From an uncultured Bacteroidota bacterium (GTDB taxonomy: Bacteria; Bacteroidota; Bacteroidia; Bacteroidales; VadinHA17): a stretch of DNA of 61,354 nt. Position 1 is the first letter of the stretch; each line of letters starts with the position of its first letter. The notes beneath the pieces were generated by a model that did not search any database, was not told the origin of the DNA, and saw only the letters and a list, made by a program, of their open reading frames with translations. The position numbers and the translations under genes are program-made. This document shows, piece after piece, positions 26,386-35,798 of this stretch. The stretch lies in contig CALMJY010000329.1 of NCBI GenBank assembly GCA_937864815.1, forward strand, positions 1-61,354. Direction: 5' to 3'.

Positions 26386-27102
26386 TTAACCGGCCAGTTG
26401 CCTTTTATACATCTGAATAGTATTCTCAAGACCAAGATAGAGTGCATCCGAAATAAGTGCATGACCAATTGAAACCTCCAGCAGCCAGGGAATATTCTGG
26501 TGGAAATAGCGCAGGTTGTCAAGATTCAGATCATGCCCGGCATTTAAGCCAAGTCCGGATTTTCTTGCCGCTTCTGCAGCCCTGACAAAAGGTTCTATTG
26601 CTTTTACTGAGTTCGTGGCAAATTCAGTAGCATATGGTTCGGTATAAAGTTCCACCCGGTCAGTTCCTGTAAGTGCAGCATACTCAATGTTTTCAATATT
26701 GGTGTCAACAAAAAGAGATGTCCTTATACCTGATTTTTTAAAAGTTGATACTATATCTGTGAGGTAACTTTTGTACTTAACAGTGTCCCACCCGGCATTT
26801 GATGTTATGGCATCATGGGCATCAGGCACAAGTGTCACCTGGTCAGGTTTTACTGAAAGTACCAGGGCAATAAATTTATCGTTAGGATTTCCTTCAATAT
26901 TGAATTCTGTAGTAATAATAGGTTTTATGTCGAGTACATCCCTGTATCTGATATGTCTTTCATCAGGCCTTGGATGTACTGTTATGCCATCAGCACCAAA
27001 AAGCTGGCAGTTTATAGCTGCCGTAAGCACATTTGGGATATTTCCTCCCCTGGCATTCCTGATAGTTGCGATCTTGTTGATATTAACACTTAACTTTGTC
27101 AT
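26386..27102 (-). CDS. pdxJ: Pyridoxine 5-prime-phosphate synthase
   Basis: 238 aa. [30 protein letters not shown]. Confidence 0.9.
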   Translation of the reverse strand: MTKLSVNINKIATIRNARGGNIPNVLTAAINCQLFGADGITVHPRPDERHIRYRDVLDIKPIITTEFNIEGNPNDKFIALVLSVKPDQVTLVPDAHDAITSNAGWDTVKYKSYLTDIVSTFKKSGIRTSLFVDTNIENIEYAALTGTDRVELYTEPYATEFATNSVKAIEPFVRAAEAARKSGLGLNAGHDLNLDNLRYFHQNIPWLLEVSIGHALISDALYLGLENTIQMYKRQLAG

Positions 27103-27143
27103 TATAATAAATATGTGTTTTTACCGTATTTGTATTGATGAAA

Positions 27144-27151
27144 CAAAAGTA
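27144..27151 (-). promoter_or_regulatory. -7 promoter box (TAnnTTTG) for pdxJ
   Basis: The - strand reads tacttttg, 42 nt upstream of the ATG at 27102. Confidence 0.45.
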
Positions 27152-27199
27152 CAACAACTGGAATTTTTTTTACTATATTAGTTGAAAATATCACTATAA

Positions 27200-27865
27200 A
27201 TGGTTGCAAAGGACCTGATATCTGAAGTAATTCCCTCCCTGAAAACATCTGATCTGGGACAGACTGCTCTTAACTGGATGGAGATTTTCAGGATATCTCA
27301 TCTCCCTATTGTTAATAATCAGGAGTTTCTGGGACTGATATCAGATGCCGATATATATGATATGAATCAGCCTGATGAACCGATCGGAAATCATGCACTG
27401 ACACTTCTTAAACCTTTTGTTACAGGCGATCAGCATATGTTTGAGGTTATCGGACTGGCTGCCAGGCTAAAACTTACAGTCGTTCCGGTTCTGGACCCGA
27501 GCCATTTTTACAAAGGAGTAATAACGACAAATGATCTCATCAGGCATATTGCAGCAATGTCTTCCATGGATCAGCCGGGGGCAATAATTGTTCTGGAGAT
27601 AATTGAGCGCGACTATACCCTTTCTCAGATTGCCCAGATTGTTGAGAGCAATAACATCAAGGTGCTCAGTATGTATGTAACATCACCACCTGATTCTATT
27701 AAGCTGGAGGTTACACTTAAACTGAACAGCAATGATTTATCTTCAGTGATCAGGACCTTTGAAAGGTATAATTATGAAGTAAGGACCTGGGTTGCCAGTT
27801 CTGATTCGATCGACCAGTTTTACCAGGAGCGTTTTGACCTGCTCATGAAGTATTTAAATATATGA
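27200..27865 (+). CDS. CBS domain pair protein with an ACT-like C-terminus
   Basis: 221 aa. Two CBS motifs (…HLPIVNNQEFLGLISDADI…, …VVPVLDPSHFYKGVITTNDL…). It lies directly upstream of nadK. Confidence 0.7.
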   Translation: MVAKDLISEVIPSLKTSDLGQTALNWMEIFRISHLPIVNNQEFLGLISDADIYDMNQPDEPIGNHALTLLKPFVTGDQHMFEVIGLAARLKLTVVPVLDPSHFYKGVITTNDLIRHIAAMSSMDQPGAIIVLEIIERDYTLSQIAQIVESNNIKVLSMYVTSPPDSIKLEVTLKLNSNDLSSVIRTFERYNYEVRTWVASSDSIDQFYQERFDLLMKYLNI

Positions 27866-27868
27866 TTC

Positions 27869-28747
27869 ATGCTAAACCGGGTTGCCATATTCAGTAAGGA
27901 TTCCAATGCACGAACAAAGGAAGGTGTGAACAGACTGATTACAGAGTTCTGCAGGAGAGGAATTAGGATGCAGATCTACCAGAAATCAGAAGATTCTTTG
28001 CTGTGTCCTGGTGGTGAACAGATTGAGAGATTTACAGAGCTTTCTTCACTTTCCGTTTTGCCTGATCTGTTTCTAAGTGTTGGAGGGGATGGTACATTTC
28101 TTGAGACTGTTCAGAAGGTTAAAGATACCGGTATTCCTGTTGCAGGTGTAAATACCGGAAGAATGGGATTTCTTGCCAATATACCTGCTGATGATATCGG
28201 GAAATCGATTGATATGCTGATCAATGGGGAATATAGTATAATAGAAAGATGTCTTCTTAAAATAGGCAAACCGGAAGGTCTTTTTGATCAGAACGGATCC
28301 TCTGCCCTGAATGAAATAACAATTCAAAAGGCAGATCTAAGTATGATAACCATTAATGTATATGTCGACAACATTCCCCTAAATACTTATTGGGCCGATG
28401 GCCTTATTATCTCCACTGCAACAGGATCTACAGCCTATAATTTAAGTGCGGGAGGACCAATTCTTTCACCAGAGGATACCAGTATAATAATATCCCCTAT
28501 TTCACCTCATAACCTAACTATTCGTCCAATTATAATATCGGGAGAAAGCCGTCTTAAGATGGTAATGGAAGGCAGGAGCACCGAGTATATGGCAACCTGT
28601 GATTTCCGGTCGAAACGTGTGCCTTTCTCGGAAGAGGTTCATATTGCAATGGACAGTGTGAAGCTCAAGACGGTAATGCTTAATGGAACGGATTTTTACA
28701 GTACCCTGAGAAACAAACTAATGTGGGGACTTGATCGCAGGAATTAA
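27869..28747 (+). CDS. nadK: NAD kinase
   Basis: 292 aa. The GGDGT motif (SVGGDGTFL), NTGRMGFL, and STATGSTAYNLSAGGPI. Confidence 0.88.
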   Translation: MLNRVAIFSKDSNARTKEGVNRLITEFCRRGIRMQIYQKSEDSLLCPGGEQIERFTELSSLSVLPDLFLSVGGDGTFLETVQKVKDTGIPVAGVNTGRMGFLANIPADDIGKSIDMLINGEYSIIERCLLKIGKPEGLFDQNGSSALNEITIQKADLSMITINVYVDNIPLNTYWADGLIISTATGSTAYNLSAGGPILSPEDTSIIISPISPHNLTIRPIIISGESRLKMVMEGRSTEYMATCDFRSKRVPFSEEVHIAMDSVKLKTVMLNGTDFYSTLRNKLMWGLDRRN

Positions 28748-28791
28748 GACTCATTTAACTCAGTTATTAATGTTTTTTAATAATTGATTAT

Positions 28792-28799
28792 TATATTTG
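28792..28799 (+). promoter_or_regulatory. -7 promoter box (TAnnTTTG)
   Basis: tatatttg, 22 nt upstream of the ATG at 28822. Confidence 0.45.
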
Positions 28800-28821
28800 T
28801 ATCTGATAAAAAGTGATTTAA

Positions 28822-29571
28822 ATGAAACGATCCCTTCTGATGCTTATTCTTTTCTGCCTCATGGGTCATATTACGGAGGCTCAGCTCTGGAAGCTGAAAA
28901 GGTATGAATTGAGCGGAGGCCTGGGACCCACTTTTTTCTTCGGAGATGTAGGCGGATTTTCACAGGGTGAAAATATACTCGGGCTAAAGGACATGAGCTT
29001 TCTTCAGACAAGAATTAATGGAGATATCAGCTTCAAATACAGGATAATTCAAACTGTAAGTGCCAGGTTAAGTTTTTCCGGAGGGCTACTGAAGGCAACA
29101 GACGAAAGAGGATCAAATGAAGGCAGGGGTTTTGAAGCTTCTACAGCTTTTTTCCAGCCTGCCCTTATCGGGGAATATTATTTTATCAAAAACAGGTCAG
29201 AGAATAGCTACATATTTGTAAGTTCCGGGAAAAGATTTTTTTCAACACTAATTAATTCCCTTGATTTTTATGCGTTTACAGGAGTTGGAGGCATGATGTA
29301 CACGGTAAGCGGGAACACTAAATTGGAAAATGCTTCCGGATTTAAATCAGGTGGATTTACCCCTGTTATACCGATTGGAGTGGGGACAAGTCTGATTTTT
29401 TCTCCGAATTTTAATTTTGGAGTTGAAATTGGCGGGCGATATACTTTCTCTGATTACCTTGATGGTTATACTTCACAATATTCCAGCTCAAATGACGTTT
29501 ATTATTATTTGAATTTCGTTGTTACTTACAAGGTAAAGACAGGCAAAAACGGTTGGCCTTCATTCAGGTAA
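28822..29571 (+). CDS. Outer-membrane beta-barrel protein (DUF6089-like)
   Basis: 249 aa. Signal peptide, FGDVGG motif and alternating strands. It is a paralogue-like neighbour of the next gene. Confidence 0.6.
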   Translation: MKRSLLMLILFCLMGHITEAQLWKLKRYELSGGLGPTFFFGDVGGFSQGENILGLKDMSFLQTRINGDISFKYRIIQTVSARLSFSGGLLKATDERGSNEGRGFEASTAFFQPALIGEYYFIKNRSENSYIFVSSGKRFFSTLINSLDFYAFTGVGGMMYTVSGNTKLENASGFKSGGFTPVIPIGVGTSLIFSPNFNFGVEIGGRYTFSDYLDGYTSQYSSSNDVYYYLNFVVTYKVKTGKNGWPSFR

Positions 29572-29592
29572 TAATGAGCCGGGATACTCTTG

Positions 29593-30270
29593 ATGAAAAG
29601 ACTTAAATTCATTTCCTTATTTTTCCTGATTTCACTGATGCTGAGCGGTCAGAGAAAATCTGATTACGGGGTATTCGGTGGTGTTTCTTCGTATTTTGGC
29701 GACATAAATCCCAACAGGCCCTTATATGCTCCTTTGCCTGCAGCTGGTCTTTTCTACAGGTACAACCTTCATCCCCGCCAATCAGTCAGAGCTAATATAT
29801 TCGCCGGAGGTCTCCAGGGCAGTGATAAAGATTTTGATAATGATTTTCAGCAGACAAGAAATGCATCTTTCTCCGGAATGGTTGCCGAATTAGCCGCTCA
29901 GTTTGAGTTTAATTTTTTCCCCTATGCAACTGATGGAAAGAGGTGGAATTATACTCCTTACTTAGCAGGTGGATTGGGAATGTCACTGGTTAATACACAA
30001 GGACTTACATTTGTTCCGGTAATACCTTTTTCCCTAGGTTTCAAGATTAATGTTTATAAAAATCTTGGAATAGAAGCAGAATATGGTTTTCGTAAAACTT
30101 TTTATGATAACTTTGACGGCCTGAATGATATGGTGGCTGCCGAGGATCATGGATGGCTCCATAACAATGACTGGTACACATTTACAGGCATTTGTGTTAC
30201 CTGGAAGATTTATAATAAACTGGCAGGTTGTCCTGCCTATAATGACGTTGATTCGAAGAGGAAAAGATAA
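29593..30270 (+). CDS. Outer-membrane beta-barrel protein (DUF6089-like)
   Basis: Signal peptide, YGVFGGVSSYFGDIN motif. The ATG at 29593 is preferred over the adjacent TTG at 29590. It occupies the conserved position upstream of uppS-bamA. Confidence 0.6.
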   Translation: MKRLKFISLFFLISLMLSGQRKSDYGVFGGVSSYFGDINPNRPLYAPLPAAGLFYRYNLHPRQSVRANIFAGGLQGSDKDFDNDFQQTRNASFSGMVAELAAQFEFNFFPYATDGKRWNYTPYLAGGLGMSLVNTQGLTFVPVIPFSLGFKINVYKNLGIEAEYGFRKTFYDNFDGLNDMVAAEDHGWLHNNDWYTFTGICVTWKIYNKLAGCPAYNDVDSKRKR

Positions 30271-30272
30271 AT

Positions 30273-31019
30273 ATGTCTCTTAAGGAACAGATCAATACTG
30301 TAAAACTACCATCCCACATCGCGGTTATCATGGATGGTAACGGACGATGGGCAAGGCAAAGAGGCCTTGACAGGGTTTTTGGTCACCAGCAGGGAGTTAA
30401 TGCCGTTAGAAATGTTATTGAAGCAGCAGCTGAACTGGGAGTGAGATATCTTACTTTGTATGCTTTCTCAACAGAAAACTGGGGCAGACCCGATGAGGAG
30501 GTCTCAGCGCTTATGTCGATTATGATACAGTCACTAAACAAGGAGACCGAAACACTGATAAAAAACAATATCAGGATGATGACAATAGGTGATGTCGGCA
30601 GGCTGGCAGATGATGTAAGAGAAAGACTTGATGACACAATAAAACTCACATCCGCTTGCACGGGGCTTAGTCTTATTGTAGCCCTGAGTTACAGTTCCAG
30701 ATGGGAGATAACGGAGGCAGCAAGGAGACTGGCAAACGATGTAAAAAACGGGGTAGTGAACATTGATTCAGTTAATGAAGATAGGTTCGGAAATTACCTC
30801 TCTACAGCAGGAATTCCTGATCCCGACCTGATGATCAGGACAAGCGGTGAAATGAGGATAAGCAACTTCCTCTTGTGGCAACTGGCATATGCAGAACTTT
30901 ATATAACGGAAACACTTTGGCCCGATTTTGGTAAGGATAACTTTTATGAAGCAATTATTGAGTATCAGAGAAGGGAAAGAAGGTTTGGCAAGACAAGTGA
31001 ACAGGTAGCGGACAAATAA
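30273..31019 (+). CDS. uppS: Undecaprenyl-diphosphate synthase (isoprenyl transferase)
   Basis: 248 aa. HIAVIMDGNGRWA, LTLYAFSTENW, and RTSGEMRISNFLLWQ. Confidence 0.92.
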   Translation: MSLKEQINTVKLPSHIAVIMDGNGRWARQRGLDRVFGHQQGVNAVRNVIEAAAELGVRYLTLYAFSTENWGRPDEEVSALMSIMIQSLNKETETLIKNNIRMMTIGDVGRLADDVRERLDDTIKLTSACTGLSLIVALSYSSRWEITEAARRLANDVKNGVVNIDSVNEDRFGNYLSTAGIPDPDLMIRTSGEMRISNFLLWQLAYAELYITETLWPDFGKDNFYEAIIEYQRRERRFGKTSEQVADK

Positions 31020-31021
31020 AA

Positions 31022-33544
31022 ATGAAGGTTATTAAACAAAAAATATCGATCCTCGTTATTTTTCTTATTACGGCAATCATACCGGTAATTGCGCAGGAAA
31101 AGCTTGAAAAACAGGAGATTTATAATTACATGAACTTTGATGATTATGTCATCGGGGGAGTGACAGTCACCGGTGTCAGATTCCTGGACCCAAATGCACT
31201 TATCGGAATTTCAGGTTTAAGGCTGGGGCAGGAGATTACAGTTCCTGGTGATGAACTTAAACTTGCTGTACAAAAGCTCTGGCAGCAGGGATTATTTTCG
31301 GATGTAAGAATTTCAATTACAAGAACATCCATGGATACAGTCTTCCTGGATATTACACTTCAGGAGAGACCCAGGATATCATCTGTAAAATATAACGGAC
31401 TGAAGAAATCGGAATCACAGGACCTGGTTGAAAAAATAAATCTTCCTGTAGGATCACAGGTTACACCATACCTTCTTAATACTGCCCGTAAAATAATAAA
31501 GGACCATTTTGTAGAAAAAGGCTACCTCAATACCGAAGTAAATTTCATTCAAAAAGATGATCCGGACCAGGCAAACAATGTTCTCCTGACCGTTGATGTC
31601 AACAAGAAGGAAAAAGTAAAGATCTCTGAAATCAATTTTATCGGCAATGAATATTTTGAGACCTCCAAGCTTCTCAGGAAGATGAAGGGAACAAAAATAA
31701 AAAACCTTAACTTCTTCAGGGCATCAAAATTCATTGAAGATAAGTTCGAGGAAGATAAACTGAAGCTTATAACATTTTATAATGATAATGGTTTCAAGGA
31801 TTTTTCAATTGTCTCTGATTCACTTTATCCAACAGAAGAAAACAGAGTAGGCCTTGTTATAAAAGTAGAGGAAGGGGACCAGTACTTTCTGAGAAATGTC
31901 AATTGGGTCGGAAACAGCGTCTACCCTAAAGAATTCCTTGAAGCAAAATTCAATGTAAAGAAAGGTTCTGTTTATAATCAGTCACTTATCGATGACAGGC
32001 TTAATGGTTCTGCAGGTGCCACGGATGCAGTAAGCTCAGTTTACCAGGATTATGGTTACCTTTTTTCGAGGCTGACGCCTGTTGAAGCCAGGGTAGAGAA
32101 AGACTCTGTCGATCTGGAGATAAGGATCTTTGAAGGGGATCAGGCATACCTGAATGATATATTTATTGCCGGAAATACAAGGACAAATGAACATGTGGCA
32201 AGGCGCGAACTTCGCACACTTCCAGGTGACTTATTCAGTAAGGGAGAAATAATAAGGTCGATTCGTCAGCTTGGTGTAATAGGTCACTTCGACCCTGAGA
32301 AAATTAATCCCACACCATTGCCCGATATAGCTAACGGAACTGTTGACCTGCTTTATAAACTTGAGGAAAGGGCAAACGATCAGTTTGAGATATCGGGAGG
32401 CTGGGGTGCAGGAATGCTTGTCGGAACAGTAGGTGTCCGCTTCAATAATTTCGCAATGAGGAATTTCTTCGACCTCAAGGAGTGGAAACCTTATCCTTCA
32501 GGTGACGGACAATCACTAAGTATCAGGATCCAGTCAAACGGTAAGGTCTACCAGTCATATACAATATCTTTTGTTGAACCCTGGCTTGGAGGTAAGAAGC
32601 CAAATACCTTCTCTCTTTCAGTTTACCGTTCTGTTATGACTAACGGACAGGGTAAGAATGAACAGGGACGACAGTCGATGATCATTGATGGTGCCACTCT
32701 GGGGCTCGGGAAAAGGCTTAACTGGCCTGATGATTTCTTCTCGCTGTATGGTGAACTGAGTTACCAGCGGTATTTCCTTAAGGATTACCAGGTTTACAGC
32801 TTCCTGTTTGATAACGGGACATCAAATATGCTGAGCCTTACTACACGTCTGACCAGGTTTTCAACCAGCCCCAACCTGATCTATCCAAGGAGCGGTTCCT
32901 CATTCTCTCTTTCACTGCAGTTAACACCTCCATGGTCACTGATCAGCGGAAAGGATATGTCTGATGTAACAGACCAGGTGAAATACAACTGGATAGAATT
33001 TCATAAATGGGTATTCAAGGCAGACTATTATTTCCCTTTATCGCCAAACGACGACAAGCTTGTTCTTAATACCAGGGCTGCTTTCGGATATCTTGGCTAT
33101 TACAATCCTGATATCGGCCCATCACCTTTTGAATATTTCTATGTTGGCGGTGACGGCATGTCCGGATATAATTTCTACGGCCGTGAGGTTGTAGCCCAGA
33201 GAGGTTATACAAACGGTTCTCTTACCCCATATGATCCGGTAAAGGGGAAACCCTCAGGTAACGTATATTCAAAAATCACATTAGAATTGAGATATCCTGT
33301 TTCACTGAATCCTCAGGCAACAATTTACGGACTTGCATTTATTGAAACAGGAAGAGCCTGGTATTCACTTCCTGAATTCAATCCTTTCGATATGTGCCGT
33401 GCAGCAGGTTTTGGACTCAGGGCCAACCTTCCGATGTTCGGTCTGCTTGGTATCGACTGGGGATATGGATTCGATCCTGTACCAACAGGGCAAACAAATG
33501 CAAATAAATCACAATTCCATTTTGTTATAGGTCAGCAATTTTAA
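31022..33544 (+). CDS. bamA: Outer membrane protein assembly factor BamA
   Basis: 840 aa. Signal peptide, five POTRA-like repeats, a C-terminal Omp85 barrel and a terminal ...VIGQQF. Confidence 0.9.
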   Translation: MKVIKQKISILVIFLITAIIPVIAQEKLEKQEIYNYMNFDDYVIGGVTVTGVRFLDPNALIGISGLRLGQEITVPGDELKLAVQKLWQQGLFSDVRISITRTSMDTVFLDITLQERPRISSVKYNGLKKSESQDLVEKINLPVGSQVTPYLLNTARKIIKDHFVEKGYLNTEVNFIQKDDPDQANNVLLTVDVNKKEKVKISEINFIGNEYFETSKLLRKMKGTKIKNLNFFRASKFIEDKFEEDKLKLITFYNDNGFKDFSIVSDSLYPTEENRVGLVIKVEEGDQYFLRNVNWVGNSVYPKEFLEAKFNVKKGSVYNQSLIDDRLNGSAGATDAVSSVYQDYGYLFSRLTPVEARVEKDSVDLEIRIFEGDQAYLNDIFIAGNTRTNEHVARRELRTLPGDLFSKGEIIRSIRQLGVIGHFDPEKINPTPLPDIANGTVDLLYKLEERANDQFEISGGWGAGMLVGTVGVRFNNFAMRNFFDLKEWKPYPSGDGQSLSIRIQSNGKVYQSYTISFVEPWLGGKKPNTFSLSVYRSVMTNGQGKNEQGRQSMIIDGATLGLGKRLNWPDDFFSLYGELSYQRYFLKDYQVYSFLFDNGTSNMLSLTTRLTRFSTSPNLIYPRSGSSFSLSLQLTPPWSLISGKDMSDVTDQVKYNWIEFHKWVFKADYYFPLSPNDDKLVLNTRAAFGYLGYYNPDIGPSPFEYFYVGGDGMSGYNFYGREVVAQRGYTNGSLTPYDPVKGKPSGNVYSKITLELRYPVSLNPQATIYGLAFIETGRAWYSLPEFNPFDMCRAAGFGLRANLPMFGLLGIDWGYGFDPVPTGQTNANKSQFHFVIGQQF

Positions 33545-33569
33545 TAAGACAATTAAAAATTTACATGTC

Positions 33570-34085
33570 ATGAAAAAAACAGGTCTGATTATATTATTAT
33601 CTGTTCTGGTGACTGCAATGGCAGTAGCCCAGAAATATGCTTTTGTTGATTCTGAGTATATAAGGAAAAATATACCTGCTTTTACAACAGCACAGGAGCA
33701 GCTCGATAAGCTTTCAAAGCAGTGGGAAAAGGAAGTTGCCGATGGATATGCAGTTGTTGAGCAGATGTATAAGTCCTATCAGAGTGAAGCTGTGCTTCTC
33801 TCACAGGATATGAAAGCGAAAAGAGAGGAAGCCATAATCAATAAGGAAAAAGAGATGAAGGCGCTTCAGAATAAGTACTTCGGTATGGAGGGTGATCTGT
33901 TCAAGAAAAGGGAAGAACTTGTTAAACCCATACAGGATGAGATACTTAAAGCAATTAAGGAAATAGCTGTCGATGGCAGCTATGCTGTTATTTTCGATAC
34001 CGCAGCAGGAGGCAATATTCTGTTTGCGAATCCGAAATTCGATCTGAGTGATCAGGTACTTGAAAAATTAGGTTATAAGAATTAA
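33570..34085 (+). CDS. skp: OmpH/Skp family periplasmic chaperone
   Basis: 171 aa. Signal peptide and a coiled-coil K/E/Q-rich core. It occupies the conserved position after bamA. Confidence 0.8.
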   Translation: MKKTGLIILLSVLVTAMAVAQKYAFVDSEYIRKNIPAFTTAQEQLDKLSKQWEKEVADGYAVVEQMYKSYQSEAVLLSQDMKAKREEAIINKEKEMKALQNKYFGMEGDLFKKREELVKPIQDEILKAIKEIAVDGSYAVIFDTAAGGNILFANPKFDLSDQVLEKLGYKN

Positions 34086-34090
34086 TTAAT

Positions 34091-34098
34091 TACTTTTG
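34091..34098 (+). promoter_or_regulatory. -7 promoter box (TAnnTTTG) for the second skp
   Basis: tacttttg, 29 nt upstream of the ATG at 34127. Confidence 0.4.
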
Positions 34099-34126
34099 CA
34101 CAAATTGTTAAAATAAAAGTCATCAA

Positions 34127-34651
34127 ATGAAAAGATTAACAGGTATAGCAGTTGTTTTGTTATTTCTCGGATTCTCGGGTCATGATATTAATGCACAGAA
34201 TTTAAAATTCGGTCATATTAACAGTGATGAACTTATCCAGGCACTGCCGGATTATGATTCTGCCACTACGAACCTGGAAAAGTTCCGTCAGGATCTGATC
34301 AATGCGCTTGAACTTATGCAGGTTGAACTGAACAATAAAAGTGAAGCATATAATAAAGAGGCCAAGAATCTTACCGACATAGTCAGACAGACAAAGGAAC
34401 AGGAACTTATGGATATGAACAGGCGTATTCAGGAATTTCAGGCAAGCGCACAGCAGCAGCTTCAGGAAAAACAGGCCGAATTGTTTCAGCCTATAATGGC
34501 CAAAATCGATAAAGCGATAAAGGATGTTGGCAAGGAAAACGGTTTTGTTTACATATTTACAGTAGGGCAGGGAAGCTCTCTGGTCTATTATGATGAGACA
34601 AAAAGTACGAATATTATGCCTCTGGCTAAAGCTAAGCTCGGCATAAAATAA
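34127..34651 (+). CDS. skp: OmpH/Skp family periplasmic chaperone (second copy)
   Basis: 174 aa. Signal peptide and coiled-coil core. Confidence 0.8.
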   Translation: MKRLTGIAVVLLFLGFSGHDINAQNLKFGHINSDELIQALPDYDSATTNLEKFRQDLINALELMQVELNNKSEAYNKEAKNLTDIVRQTKEQELMDMNRRIQEFQASAQQQLQEKQAELFQPIMAKIDKAIKDVGKENGFVYIFTVGQGSSLVYYDETKSTNIMPLAKAKLGIK

Positions 34652-34673
34652 TAACATATAAAAAATATCATAA

Positions 34674-34862
34674 GAGGCTGTCTCAAAAGCTCATTTATAA
34701 CCCCCAAACCCCCCAAGGGGGGCTTTATTAAGTTGCAGAATATCAATAAGTGCCGCTTTTGCGGCATTTAGGGGTAAAGCAAGGGGAGACAAGCTTTTGA
34801 GACAGTTTTTTTATCCATCCCTGAATTTGAAAGCCCCCCTTGGGGGGTTGGGGGTAAAATGA
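34674..34862 (+). repeat. GC-hairpin intergenic repeat, copy A (full element plus inverted partial copy)
   Basis: A perfect 14-bp outer inverted repeat, ctgtctcaaaagct (34678-34691) / agcttttgagacag (34792-34805), is followed by T7. Inner parts are acccccaaaccccccaaggggggcttt and caataagt-[gccgc tttt gcggc]-atttagggg. Positions 34813-34862 are the reverse complement of the 5-prime half (attttacccccaaccccccaaggggggctttcaaa). Confidence 0.8.
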
Positions 34863-34868
34863 CAATAA

Positions 34869-35669
34869 GTGAACAATCAGCCAATTGGAATATTCGATTC
34901 AGGAGTGGGAGGTCTTACGGTTGCTCATGCGATCAAACAGATCCTCCCGGGTGAAAGTATAGTCTATTTTGGAGATACAGCCCATCTTCCATACGGTGAT
35001 AAGTCAGAAGAGGCTATCAGGTCCTATTCAAAGGGAATTACTGAGTTCCTGCTTGACCATAACTCAAAAGTTGTTCTGATTGCATGTAATTCAGCTTCTG
35101 CCTCAGCTTTCGAATATTTAAAGAAAGAATTCGAAAATAGAGTGATCCTGATTGATGTAATTGATCCTGTTGTTGAGTTCCTGAAAACCAGGAAAATAAA
35201 CAGGATAGGTGTTATTGGTACTAAGAGAACTATTAGTTCAGGAACCTATGAAAAAAAGCTAAATAAGGCAATTCCGGCAACAACTGTAGTGTCTCTGGCC
35301 ACTCCTTTGCTGGTGCCTATGATAGAGGAGGGTTTTATTTTTGATGACATCAGCAATGCCATAATACGTACATATCTTTCGAATGAAATACTGGAAGGGA
35401 TTCAGGCACTGATCCTGGGCTGCACCCACTATCCGATAATAAAGAACCAGATCAGCAAAATATTCAATTTCAATGTTGAGGTTATTGATTCTGCCAGAAT
35501 AGTGTCAGTTATTCTCCGTGAGGTACTTGATAAAAACAACCTCCTTAATGACACAGGAATAGTGAAGGATCAGTTCTTTGTTTCAGATTATACTCCATAT
35601 TTTGAAAAGATTGCAAAGATGTTTTTTGAAGGTGAGATAAACCTGCAAAAGTCAGACATCTGGAGCTGA
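34869..35669 (+). CDS. murI: Glutamate racemase
   Basis: 266 aa with a GTG start. IGIFDSGVGGLTV, ACNSAS, and GCTHYP. Confidence 0.88.
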   Translation: MNNQPIGIFDSGVGGLTVAHAIKQILPGESIVYFGDTAHLPYGDKSEEAIRSYSKGITEFLLDHNSKVVLIACNSASASAFEYLKKEFENRVILIDVIDPVVEFLKTRKINRIGVIGTKRTISSGTYEKKLNKAIPATTVVSLATPLLVPMIEEGFIFDDISNAIIRTYLSNEILEGIQALILGCTHYPIIKNQISKIFNFNVEVIDSARIVSVILREVLDKNNLLNDTGIVKDQFFVSDYTPYFEKIAKMFFEGEINLQKSDIWS

Positions 35670-35736
35670 TTCATAAAACATGATCATTATCATAAGACAG
35701 TTACATTTTTTGTATGAATTTGCATTATTAATTAGT

Positions 35737-35744
35737 TAGTTTTG
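35737..35744 (+). promoter_or_regulatory. -7 promoter box (TAnnTTTG) for korAB
   Basis: tagttttg, 55 nt upstream of the ATG at 35799. Confidence 0.4.
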
Positions 35745-35798
35745 TGAATTATAAGAGGTTTTTGACAAAGACTTAGTCAGAATAAAATTAAAGACATA

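Noticed and set aside
34674-34862. Whether the GC-rich repeats are a CRISPR array or G-quadruplex motifs.
   Set aside because: The copies are kilobases apart and not separated by regular spacers, and no cas genes are present. The G-runs are few and each is matched by a complementary C-run, so duplex hairpins explain them better than four-run G4 motifs.
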